DNA of 59,060 nucleotides from an uncultured Planctomycetaceae bacterium (GTDB lineage: Bacteria > Planctomycetota > MHYJ01 > CAZWFP01). The stretch is from the NCBI GenBank assembly GCA_964633175.1, contig CAZWFP010000003.1:1-59060 (forward strand), in the 5' to 3' direction. Below are positions 1 to 8,603 of the stretch, one piece after another. Positions within the stretch are counted from its first letter, which is position 1; each line of letters begins with the position of its first letter. A program made the position numbers and the translations under genes. The notes below the pieces were generated by a model. That model ran no database searches. It had not been told where the DNA came from and saw only the letters and a program-made list of their open reading frames with translations.

Positions 1-314
1 ATAATACTAATGTAACTGTAACAGGGACGCTATCAGTCGGTTATATTCATTATGTAAACACACTAACTGTTAAAAGTACTCAAATTCGCGTTGGTTGTGC
101 GACAGGTATAGCTATTGCTGGTAGTTGCGAGGATACAAATGGTAATAATACGATACGAGGGTCATATCCATCAACTGAATGTACAGATTCAGATGTTAGC
201 GTAGGAACTGCTGTGACTGATGGTGCAACAGCTGCTTGTTCCTGGAGTTGTCGGTTCGGCACGGCTGATACCAGTAACAGAGCGTATGTTATATGTGCGA
301 GGGTAGGGAACTGA
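1..314 (+). CDS. 3-prime end of a secreted/surface repeat protein (partial, continues upstream of window)
   Basis: Reading frame starting at base 3 is open to TGA at 312-314 (NTNVTVTGTLSVGY...CSWSCRFGTADTSNRAYVICARVGN*). Asn/Thr/Gly/Cys-rich like the next gene. Absent from the ORF track because it has no Met. Confidence 0.5.
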   Translation, partial: NTNVTVTGTLSVGYIHYVNTLTVKSTQIRVGCATGIAIAGSCEDTNGNNTIRGSYPSTECTDSDVSVGTAVTDGATAACSWSCRFGTADTSNRAYVICARVGN

Positions 315-331
315 TGGAAGAATTCCAACGC

Positions 332-362
332 GCTAAACTCACAAACTCGCAATAAAATAATA
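332..362 (+). repeat. intergenic repeat family A
   Basis: gctaaactcacaaactcgCaataaaataa, with 1 mismatch to 10588-10615. Confidence 0.8.
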
Positions 363-384
363 GTTAATTAATATATAATAATCA

Positions 385-2568
385 ATGATGAAAAAGAAAA
401 TAGTGACTTATTTTTTCATATTATTCATTATTCGTGCAATGTCTGCTTCTATTGTGATAAACTCTACCGGGAAGGTGGTATTTGCTAACGGGACGGGTGG
501 TGTGGATGTTATTACGGGTAATATTACAATAAACATTTCAGGTGCTATGGATGGTGGCATATCAGGAAATGTTATAAAGTTCAGAGGGACGAGTTGGACA
601 AATTCTGGCACATGGAATCCAGGGACAGGGAAGGTAGAATGGTATTCAACAGCATCAACTATGCCGGATTTAGTGGCTACAGCAGGAAGTAATGATTTTT
701 ATGACCTTACATTTTTAAATGGAATTGCGACCTTTAGTTTCAGCGGGACGGAATTAAGGATTGGGGGGACGTTAACGCTTTCTAATACTGGCGCGACCAC
801 ATTGAATATATCGAGCGGGTCTTTGGTTGTTGGGAATCTTGTAAATTCAAATGGCGCTAATTTTACCTTTTCTAAACCTGCTCTTCCCGGCTTTGCCTTT
901 TCTATAACGGGTAATGTAAATATAACCAGCAATAATACCACTACGATAAATAATACAGACGGCAATGGTATGAATGTTACTGGAACTATAACGAGTTTGA
1001 TGAACGTTAATTTTACAAAAGATGTAGGAGGAACAGGATGTCATCTGCTTTTTAATGGGAGTAGTATAAATGCGGAGGGTATTTTAGATGTGGAAACGAC
1101 TTCATCAATCTTTGATGCGGATGCGCCGACGCTGGTTTGCGCCACGGACTCAGATGGAATAGGAAATAATGTGGTTTTAAATTTTAGTATCAATGCCTGT
1201 CCGGGAGGGTTAGCATCCAACTGCACTAAATCAGAAGTAGGAGGGGCTATTGTAAACTTTATTACCAAAACGTCAATAATAGTACCCGATGGGGGTAGCA
1301 CCTGTGTAGGATGTGTAAACCCTGGAAATGCCGGTTTACAAGGATTTCCAACTGTGTTTGCGGGGAGGTATGGAATTTCAAGATGCGGTGGTTGCGGCGG
1401 AAATGGACTTTTAGTAGGATATGACGCTTCTTTAAATAAGAAATCATATACATATACAATAACTAACGGTTCACCGGCAGGGGGCATCTGGGATGATTTT
1501 ATAGGGGCTGATCCGGTCCTATTTTTTGGTACGACCACAGGGTATGTTTATGCAGTTAGGGATTCGGGCACAGCATTTTCAGATTGTGTTGCACCATTTC
1601 AACCTTCGAGTGGATTGAAGACCTGCTCTGAAGTAACAACGATCGGTGTATTTGATGGTTCCAGATTATATATTGCATGTAAGACAACGGGAGGGACACC
1701 TGACCCTGACTATGGAATATTCGAAATTACAATGCCTGCTTCTTGCCCGGGAAGCGCTACTACAAATCAATTCATAGCAACAGATAATCCTGTATTTACT
1801 CCACTATCATTTTCGCAAACAGGAACGACCAGATATATATATGTCGGAACAAAAAAGGGACCGAAAACACCTGCAAACTCTTATATAGAAAGAGTGGATA
1901 TAGGGGCTGGGAGTGTGGCTAATTCCGATACATTGGGTTTTGACATTAGTGCTGCAACTATCACGCTAAGTGGTGAATTATTTACGGGGTCACAGGATGA
2001 TTCGGGAACACCCGCCACCAATGAAGCGAAGGTAATTGCAAGAAAAAGTATAGATACAAACTTTTGTAAGGCATATTGTAATACAGCAGGTGGTAGTTGC
2101 GGAGTGGGTTGTTCCAGCACAGAAAGTAATGATGGACCTTTTAACGATAGGTCAAGAAGTGGGATTGGGTCGGTGCAGACAATGTGGTTAAATTCGGACT
2201 TTGGAGCTGATCAAGGAAATCTCAATTTATACGTATGTGGTAAAGATGGGAAAGTATGGGGATATGACCTCGTTAACGGCAAAAACGGTGCTAATATAGA
2301 TGCTTACAAAAAGTGGGGTGCGAATATAGATGCTTCGTGGACTTCTGTAAGCACTTGTAGCAGTGGTTTTACAGGTTCGCCAATTTTAGTGGGAACAAAC
2401 CTTTACCTTGCAGATGGTTGTGGAAAGATATATAGATTGAGTATCACTGACCAGTCGGTTGTCACGATGCTAAATGTAGGAAATCAGAAACTACTGGATT
2501 TGTCTTATGATGGAGTGAATTTATATGTTGGTAGTGAGCGAGGCAGGATATATGTAATTACTCCATAA
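385..2568 (+). CDS. secreted protein: N-terminal beta-helix-like N/T/G-rich repeats plus C-terminal PQQ/BamB-like beta-propeller repeats
   Basis: 727 aa ORF with a hydrophobic signal-like N-terminus (IVTYFFILFIIRAMSAS). Many NxT/GxxN repeats. C-terminal repeats GKVWGYD, GKIYRL and GRIYVI are typical of PQQ-like propeller blades. Confidence 0.7.
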   Translation: MMKKKIVTYFFILFIIRAMSASIVINSTGKVVFANGTGGVDVITGNITINISGAMDGGISGNVIKFRGTSWTNSGTWNPGTGKVEWYSTASTMPDLVATAGSNDFYDLTFLNGIATFSFSGTELRIGGTLTLSNTGATTLNISSGSLVVGNLVNSNGANFTFSKPALPGFAFSITGNVNITSNNTTTINNTDGNGMNVTGTITSLMNVNFTKDVGGTGCHLLFNGSSINAEGILDVETTSSIFDADAPTLVCATDSDGIGNNVVLNFSINACPGGLASNCTKSEVGGAIVNFITKTSIIVPDGGSTCVGCVNPGNAGLQGFPTVFAGRYGISRCGGCGGNGLLVGYDASLNKKSYTYTITNGSPAGGIWDDFIGADPVLFFGTTTGYVYAVRDSGTAFSDCVAPFQPSSGLKTCSEVTTIGVFDGSRLYIACKTTGGTPDPDYGIFEITMPASCPGSATTNQFIATDNPVFTPLSFSQTGTTRYIYVGTKKGPKTPANSYIERVDIGAGSVANSDTLGFDISAATITLSGELFTGSQDDSGTPATNEAKVIARKSIDTNFCKAYCNTAGGSCGVGCSSTESNDGPFNDRSRSGIGSVQTMWLNSDFGADQGNLNLYVCGKDGKVWGYDLVNGKNGANIDAYKKWGANIDASWTSVSTCSSGFTGSPILVGTNLYLADGCGKIYRLSITDQSVVTMLNVGNQKLLDLSYDGVNLYVGSERGRIYVITP

Positions 2569-2621
2569 CATAGTATAGAGGGTGTAGGAGGAAGGTGTTT
2601 AGTTTTTAGAATTGTAAAACA

Positions 2622-3116
2622 ATGCGACAATTTAAGGCGCTAAAAGAGTGGCAGGTTGTCAATGACGCTATATTAGAAGGTAAACAATCTATATTAGTTC
2701 GTAAAGGCGGTATATTAGATACAATAAATGATTTTCCACCTGAAGAAAAAGAATTTCTTATTTTTCCTACTTATGAACATCAAAAAAAGGAATATGTTAA
2801 AAAAGAGTTTCACTACCTTTTTAAAGAACCAGAGGTTTCAAAGTGTGAGGTTGGCGAAGTTTTGTTGGAAAAATATAAGATTAACTTACTATGCAAACTA
2901 AAAGAATGTAAACAAATAACGGATAAAAAACAGTTAAAAGATATACTTCAATATGTTATTTATACCTATGAATTTTTGGAAATGCGGTTTAATTATAGGC
3001 AGGATGAGCCATTGAATGTATTAGTGATAGAACCACACACTTTAGAAAAAGAAATATTGGTAGAATACACGGACTCCATCAAGGGTTGTAAGTCATGGAT
3101 AACCATAACGAAATGA
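2622..3116 (+). CDS. DUF1802-like protein (possible ASCH/PUA-like fold)
   Basis: 164 aa. The N-terminus ALKEWQVVNDAILEGKQSILVRKGGI matches my recollection of the DUF1802 signature (KEW...G.Q.LLLRKGGI). Confidence 0.55.
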   Translation: MRQFKALKEWQVVNDAILEGKQSILVRKGGILDTINDFPPEEKEFLIFPTYEHQKKEYVKKEFHYLFKEPEVSKCEVGEVLLEKYKINLLCKLKECKQITDKKQLKDILQYVIYTYEFLEMRFNYRQDEPLNVLVIEPHTLEKEILVEYTDSIKGCKSWITITK

Positions 3117-3239
3117 AAAATTGACAATGAATAATGTATACTGAACTAAAAATAATTTTCAACAGAAAGAATCTAAGAAGTATGAGGCACGAGGTAGCAA
3201 ACAAGGTTTCGACTTTTAAGGTTTAAAAGTTCAAAGGAG

Positions 3240-3277
3240 GAGATTGCTATGGGTTTTGCCCCTCGCTCATAGATGAC
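3240..3277 (+). repeat. intergenic repeat family C (diverged)
   Basis: gagattgctatgggttttgcccctcgctcatagatgac. Confidence 0.5.
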
Positions 3278-3334
3278 TAATAAACTCATTATTCATTATT
3301 ATTTAAAAACCATCTCTCTATTTTACTTCTTCTT

Positions 3335-3946
3335 ATGTTAAGTAAAAATGAAAATAACTGGGCCTCTAACATTGCCCATCCGTGTTTGCGATATTTATAC
3401 CTAAAACGCACTTCTCCTCAATTAGAAATAATCCCGGAAGAAAAAAAACTCTTGTTCCAGAGAGGTATAGAAGTTGAAAAAATAGTCATAGATGAATTTA
3501 AAAAACAGGGATTTGAAATAGTTGAATTGCAAAAGAGATTTGAACTGAAAGAGTATAAGATAACGGGGAAAATTGACTGCATAATAAGATATGCAAATAT
3601 AGAATACCCGTGTGAGATTAAAAGTGTGTCAGATAGTGGTTGGAATAAGATTTATACTTATCAGGATTTTTTAGAAAGTGAATATTATTATGTGCGTATG
3701 TATCCTTACCAGTTACAATTGTATCTTTTCGCTACAAAAAGTGAAACGGGCTTTTTTTATCTGCGGAATAAAAATACCTCCCACGGGAGATTTATAAAAG
3801 TATTTTATGACAAAAGGTTAATAGAAAATGTTTTAAATAAAGCAAGAGTGGTCAATAGTATCGTTGAAAGAATGGTGACACCAGAAAAAATAACTGACAC
3901 GACTATCTGTAAGGATTGCGGATTTTATAATCACTGCTATAAATAG
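3335..3946 (+). CDS. Cas4/RecB-like PD-(D/E)XK nuclease with 4-Cys (Fe-S) signature, standalone
   Basis: 203 aa. N-terminal Cys (HPCLRY), GKIDCI (D), CEIKSV (ExK), YQLQLY (QxxxY) and C-terminal CKDCGFYNHC (CxxCx5C). Confidence 0.75.
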   Translation: MLSKNENNWASNIAHPCLRYLYLKRTSPQLEIIPEEKKLLFQRGIEVEKIVIDEFKKQGFEIVELQKRFELKEYKITGKIDCIIRYANIEYPCEIKSVSDSGWNKIYTYQDFLESEYYYVRMYPYQLQLYLFATKSETGFFYLRNKNTSHGRFIKVFYDKRLIENVLNKARVVNSIVERMVTPEKITDTTICKDCGFYNHCYK

Positions 3947-3980
3947 ATTTTAAGATTGAAAATTAAAGATTCAAGATGAA

Positions 3981-4011
3981 AGATAGAAGATTAAAAATTT
4001 ATCTTCCATCT
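3981..4011 (+). terminator. hairpin downstream of the nuclease gene (possible terminator)
   Basis: AGATAGAAGAT-taaaaattt-ATCTTCCATCT pairs at 10 of 11 positions, but the following T tract is weak. Confidence 0.3.
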
Positions 4012-4050
4012 TCAATTTTAAATCTTCCTTTCCATCTTCAATTCTAAATC

Positions 4051-5127
4051 TTGAATTCTATTACACTTAAGAATTACTTTTTTCAAAAGATAGCCAGAAG
4101 TTATTTGCTATCCGTTGCAGTTACTTTTATACTGTTGAGTAGTGCCATTGTTTTACAGATTGTATTTAAATATTCTCAGTTTCCTATATATCTCATATTC
4201 TTTATATTTCTTCTTACTACCTATCAGTTCATTGTATATACCCTTTCAATAGGTTTTTTATCTACCATCATATATGTAATAAACAATATGCGTTTGTCCA
4301 GAGAACTATTGTCACTTTATAGCGTTGGATATAATAATAAAATCTTTAAGTCAATATTGGTCAAAATATCTATTTTTTTAACTTTATTTTTATTCTTATC
4401 TTTTCACTTCTTTGTTCCTTTTACGAATAAATATGCCAGTATTATTCTGGTGAAAAATATCTCTTATATGTTTGAGCCACGACTTATATGGAAAAATTCC
4501 ATAGAGTTGCCAAATGCTGTTCTTTCTTATGAGAAATTTAAGAATAATTATCTGCTAAATATAAAAATAATCGACTGGGATAAAGATAGAATCTTAATAG
4601 TAACAAGCAAAAGAGGATATTTTAGAAGAAGCATACGATTCTTAACCATAAAGCTTGATAACGCATATATAAGAATAATAAAGAACAACAAGATAGTATT
4701 AAATGGTGGGAAAAAGAAATATGTATATACATTGGACTTATCCAGTGTGATATCCAGATTTATAAAAAGCGTGAAAGAAAACAATTCGTTGTCTTTATTA
4801 AGAAGGATGCAACAGAATGCTGGCGATAGTAAATTTGTAAATAGAACGTCTTATGAACTGGGTAAAAGATTTGCGTTGTCTTTAACACCGTTTAATTTTT
4901 ATTATTTAGGGCTGATTCTTGCTTTTCTCATACCTACAACCTCATTCCTTTTTTCCCAGATTATTGCTCTTATAGTAGTGTTTGGTTCTTTCTATTCAGT
5001 AATGGTATTATCCAGTAACTTTGCATTTACAGGCGTTTTGGCAAACTTTCTTCTTCCTTTTGCACCTAACGTGACATTATTTCTCATTTGTTTTATTCTA
5101 TTCATAGCGTATAAACAACTCATATAA
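4051..5127 (+). CDS. LptF/LptG (YjgP/YjgQ) family LPS export permease
   Basis: 358 aa polytopic membrane protein with a TTG start. The N-terminal LKNYFFQKIARSYL motif and TM/periplasmic-domain/TM layout are typical of the family. It is paired with a second member. Confidence 0.65.
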   Translation: MNSITLKNYFFQKIARSYLLSVAVTFILLSSAIVLQIVFKYSQFPIYLIFFIFLLTTYQFIVYTLSIGFLSTIIYVINNMRLSRELLSLYSVGYNNKIFKSILVKISIFLTLFLFLSFHFFVPFTNKYASIILVKNISYMFEPRLIWKNSIELPNAVLSYEKFKNNYLLNIKIIDWDKDRILIVTSKRGYFRRSIRFLTIKLDNAYIRIIKNNKIVLNGGKKKYVYTLDLSSVISRFIKSVKENNSLSLLRRMQQNAGDSKFVNRTSYELGKRFALSLTPFNFYYLGLILAFLIPTTSFLFSQIIALIVVFGSFYSVMVLSSNFAFTGVLANFLLPFAPNVTLFLICFILFIAYKQLI

Positions 5128-5147
5128 AAACTCAAATGTCAAAACTT
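5126..5147 (+). repeat. intergenic repeat family E (stop-codon adjacent)
   Basis: aaaaactcaaatgtcaaaactt. It begins at the final A of the TAA stop at 5125-5127. Confidence 0.75.
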
Positions 5148-5221
5148 TCAAAGAATTTCAACTTCCTAAACTCGTAGTAAATGAATAAAGTAATAGTAGA
5201 ATACATATGATTGAGTAGTAT

Positions 5222-6277
5222 ATGACATATAACGTAAAGTTGATAGATAGGAATATCCTTAAAAAGTTTCTCTTGATTTTCCTGTTTATTTATATTGTTT
5301 TTATTATGCTCTACGTTATAGGATTTACGATTGATAATTTGGGCAGATTGTATTTAATTGCAAAAGATAATATCACCAATTTAATTACCCTCTATCAACA
5401 TAATGCCGTAATGTCCGTATTTTATATATTCCCGTTTGCCATTATCTTTTCACTGATATTGTTGTATTTATTTTTCTACCTTAGAAGAGAAAACGTATCC
5501 ATATTTATAACGGGATACCAGTGTGTTCCATTTAAAAAAATGGTGTATATTACCCTTATAATTTTAGCGATGGCAATTTTTGTGTATTATGATTTTATTT
5601 TTACCGATGCTTTAGTCAAAGATAAAAGATTAATGGTAAGGTTTAAACAGAATCAGAAATATTTTTATCCCATATTAAAGATTGAATCTAAAGATAATTC
5701 TCGCTATTTTATTATAGGTAAAGTTTATAACTTGCGAGATAATACAGTGGAGGACATATATTTTTATAACATACAAAAAAAGATTGAGGTCTTTGCAAAA
5801 AAATGTTATATTTTTAAAGACATACTTTTATTCAAAAACGTAAAATTGCTTTTAGGGCAAAAGTCAAAGTTGAGAAAAACACTTGTATTGCGTATTGACA
5901 ATATCCGGGATAAATTTTCTAAAGTGTTCTCAACCATAGAGGGACTAAATATGGTGTCTTTATTGACACTTTTTAACGTTACCGGTAATAAGGTCTTTTT
6001 GTTTGAACTGTTTAAAAGGATAAGTTACATTATAAATGGTGTATTCGTTGCTTTTATATTGATAAAAGGATTTGCAGTAATAATTACCAAAGTAGAGTTT
6101 TTGAAATATATTACTTATTTTATATTATTAACTATATTGTTCATATCTATATATTTTTTTATTTTCCTTTTAGCAAAAAATCTATATAATCTATATATTG
6201 GCATAATATTGTGGCTATGGAGTTTATTGATTTTTTCAATTATAAATAAGCGGTTAATGATAGAAGATGATGGATGA
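5222..6277 (+). CDS. LptF/LptG (YjgP/YjgQ) family LPS export permease
   Basis: 351 aa with N-terminal LIDRNILKKFLLIF and the same architecture as the preceding gene. Confidence 0.65.
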   Translation: MTYNVKLIDRNILKKFLLIFLFIYIVFIMLYVIGFTIDNLGRLYLIAKDNITNLITLYQHNAVMSVFYIFPFAIIFSLILLYLFFYLRRENVSIFITGYQCVPFKKMVYITLIILAMAIFVYYDFIFTDALVKDKRLMVRFKQNQKYFYPILKIESKDNSRYFIIGKVYNLRDNTVEDIYFYNIQKKIEVFAKKCYIFKDILLFKNVKLLLGQKSKLRKTLVLRIDNIRDKFSKVFSTIEGLNMVSLLTLFNVTGNKVFLFELFKRISYIINGVFVAFILIKGFAVIITKVEFLKYITYFILLTILFISIYFFIFLLAKNLYNLYIGIILWLWSLLIFSIINKRLMIEDDG

Positions 6278-6338
6278 TAAGGAAAGGACAATGACGAAAA
6301 AACCAAAAGTTAAATCTTCCTGCTAATGGTTACCTAGC

Positions 6339-7130
6339 ATGAATTTAGATAGGTATCAGTGTAATCTGGTGTTAGACGGCTTTGGTTTTGAAGGGCAGAA
6401 ACGATTAAAAGATGCAAGCGCGCTTATTATAGGATTAGGTGGTATAGGTTCTGTTGTTAGCACTTATTTAGTAGCAAACGGTATTGGCAGAATTGGTATA
6501 TGCGACTTTGATTTCGTTTCTGATAATAATCTAACTCGCCAGATTTTATATAATACTACTGACATTGGTAAGAAAAAGGCAGAAGTTTCATACAGGAAAT
6601 TATCACTTTTAAATCCTGAGGTTAAAATAACATCGTTGTCTGAAGCAATAAATGAAAGGAACGCTGATAATGTCTTATCTAAATATGATTTTATTATGGA
6701 ATGTAGTGATTCCTTAGAAACAAAACGGTTGATTAACAAGGTGTGTATGAATTTAAACAAGAAGTTTGTTGTATCATCTGCAATTGGTTATAAAGGTAAT
6801 GTTATGACTGTCTTTAATGCTGATGATGCTTGCTGGGAATGTATATTTGAAGTGGAAGGTTCTACACCCCCTATGATGCTACCTACCTGTGCTGATAATG
6901 GTGTTTTCCCAACTGTTCCGGGTTTGGTGGGGTTGCTTTCCGTAACAAAGGTAATGGAGGAAATTATACACCCAGATGAGTGCAACTTGAATTTTATTAC
7001 TGTGGACATCAAAAGTAGTTCAATTCGTTATTTAAAGATTAACAAAAACTCTTTTTGCTCACTTCATAATAGTCAAGATAGCATTAGATGTGGTAATAAG
7101 AAAGATTCTAAGATTAAAGATGAAAGATAA
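6339..7130 (+). CDS. ThiF/MoeB/HesA family E1-like adenylyltransferase
   Basis: GLGGIGS nucleotide loop, DFDFVSDNNLTRQILY, CWEC and TCADNGV motifs. Confidence 0.8.
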   Translation: MNLDRYQCNLVLDGFGFEGQKRLKDASALIIGLGGIGSVVSTYLVANGIGRIGICDFDFVSDNNLTRQILYNTTDIGKKKAEVSYRKLSLLNPEVKITSLSEAINERNADNVLSKYDFIMECSDSLETKRLINKVCMNLNKKFVVSSAIGYKGNVMTVFNADDACWECIFEVEGSTPPMMLPTCADNGVFPTVPGLVGLLSVTKVMEEIIHPDECNLNFITVDIKSSSIRYLKINKNSFCSLHNSQDSIRCGNKKDSKIKDER

Positions 7131-7542
7131 GGGATTGATGCTTTATTCTAAATTTTTAATTGTAAATCGTTGTAACAATTTTCAATTTCTAAAACGCCTT
7201 ACCCTTTTACTTTTTCTGTTTTGTTTCAATGGAGGATGCGCTTTTTCAAGTTATAGAACAGCCGGTACCATAACGATATTATCTAATCCGTCGGCTGCGG
7301 ACGTTTATATAAATGGTGTATATTATGGTAAGACCCCATTGATTGTAGCATTATCAAAAAGAAGAAATTATACCATTGAAATAAAAAAAGAAGGGTTCAA
7401 ATCGCGTTTTTTTAAGATATATTCTCTTCTTGCGACACCTGTTTATATTATAGGTATAATAGATGGTGCTGCTTATGAATTTTCAGAGACCCGTATAGAC
7501 GCCAATTTGGAACCCCTTGTCAGTAGTAAAATCAATAATTAA
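7120..7542 (+). CDS. PEGA domain protein with signal peptide (possible lipoprotein)
   Basis: LLLFLFCFNGGC signal/Cys, then ILSNPSAADVYINGVYYGKTPL (PEGA motif). The start is uncertain (GTG 7090, ATG 7120 or ATG 7138). Confidence 0.65.
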   Translation: MKDKGLMLYSKFLIVNRCNNFQFLKRLTLLLFLFCFNGGCAFSSYRTAGTITILSNPSAADVYINGVYYGKTPLIVALSKRRNYTIEIKKEGFKSRFFKIYSLLATPVYIIGIIDGAAYEFSETRIDANLEPLVSSKINN

Positions 7543-7675
7543 TAATGAAAGATGAATAATAAAATACCTTCTTTGCTGTTTTCCCATTTGTTAGGGGTGA
7601 TAGTCGGTTCTACCGCCATTATACTTTGTGATATTTACATACACCCCCTTTTAAAGAAAGGAATTCGAGGGGGGT

Positions 7676-7703
7676 TTGCAATTTGCAATTTGGTTTTTAA
7701 AAT
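7676..7703 (+). promoter_or_regulatory. sigma70-like promoter for the 5S rRNA
   Basis: TTGCAA (7676-7681), 16 nt spacer, TAAAAT (7698-7703), about 11 nt before the 5S 5-prime end. Confidence 0.5.
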
Positions 7704-7714
7704 ACTGCGTTTAT

Positions 7715-7826
7715 GCTTGGTGGCTATACCGGAGAGGAAACACGCCTTCCATTCCGCCTAGGGCCGTTAAGCTCTCCAGGGCCGATGATACTGAGCATTG
7801 CTCGGGAAAGTAGGTCGCTGCCAAGC
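7715..7826 (+). rRNA. rrf: 5S ribosomal RNA (isolated copy)
   Basis: GCTTGGTGGCTATACC...GTTAAGCTCTCCAGGGCCGATGATACTG...GGGAAAGTAGGTCGCTGCCAAGC. The terminal helix pairs and conserved 5S blocks are present. It is followed by TTTTTT. Confidence 0.9.
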
Positions 7827-7881
7827 TTTTTTATTCTCGTTGCTAAATATAATCGTGTACGAAAACTGTTATTAACCTTTG

Positions 7882-8445
7882 ATGAAGAAGAAGAAAAGTA
7901 GTCCTGACATTTTAAAAAAGTTATTAAAATCGCGTATCATTATACTTTCTGAACCGATAGAGCCGTCCATTACTAAAAGCATAATTACCAATGTTTTATA
8001 TATGAAGGAGCATGACTCAACAAAGCCCATAAAGGTATTTATAAATTCGCCGGGAGGGAGTGCAACGGATGGTTTTGCTATTTACGATGTATTAAAATAT
8101 AGTGGTTGCCCAGTCCAAACGGTTACAGTAGGTTTATGCGCCAGCGCCGCAGTGCTGATTTATCTGTCTGCTCCTAAAAACAACCGATTCGCTCTTCCTA
8201 ATGCAAAATTTCTTTTGCATCAACCATCAACGGCAATTTCTGGTAGGGTATCTGACATAGAAATTACCGCTAACGAAGTTCTTAAACTGCGCGAAAGATA
8301 TAATAAAATAGTATCAGAAGAAACGGGTAAATCAGTTGAAAAAATAACTGAGGATTCAGACAGGGATTTTTGGCTTACCGCTGCTGAGGCATATGAGTAT
8401 GGCCTTGTCGGCAAGATTCTCTCTTCTCTTTCCGACGTCAAGTAA
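7882..8445 (+). CDS. clpP: ATP-dependent Clp protease proteolytic subunit
   Basis: INSPGGS, the catalytic Ser context GLCASAA, LLHQP (His) and DSDRDFWLTAAEAYEYGLV (Asp). The ATG is at 7882, inside the TTG-started track ORF. Confidence 0.9.
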   Translation: MKKKKSSPDILKKLLKSRIIILSEPIEPSITKSIITNVLYMKEHDSTKPIKVFINSPGGSATDGFAIYDVLKYSGCPVQTVTVGLCASAAVLIYLSAPKNNRFALPNAKFLLHQPSTAISGRVSDIEITANEVLKLRERYNKIVSEETGKSVEKITEDSDRDFWLTAAEAYEYGLVGKILSSLSDVK

Positions 8446-8540
8446 ACTGATGTAGCTAATAAATACTGAATAATAAAAAATGTAAAAGAAACCTAAATAT
8501 GACAAAAGATAGTCAAAATTCGACTATAAAATATGCAATT

Positions 8541-8567
8541 CTCAATGTTAGATTTTCAATAAATTTT
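8541..8567 (+). repeat. intergenic repeat family B
   Basis: ctcaatgttagattttcaataaatttt. Confidence 0.7.
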
Positions 8568-8603
8568 GGTGTTCCTGCTTACTGTCTTACAACCTCTTTT
8601 TAA

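Noticed and set aside
80-352. 90 aa minus-strand ORF at the window start.
   Set aside because: It is antisense to the open plus-strand frame 3-314, which resembles the neighbouring secreted protein.
7552-7901. Two track ORFs (69 aa and 62 aa) between the PEGA gene and clpP.
   Set aside because: They overlap the 5S rRNA gene and its promoter. There is no RBS and no protein-like composition.
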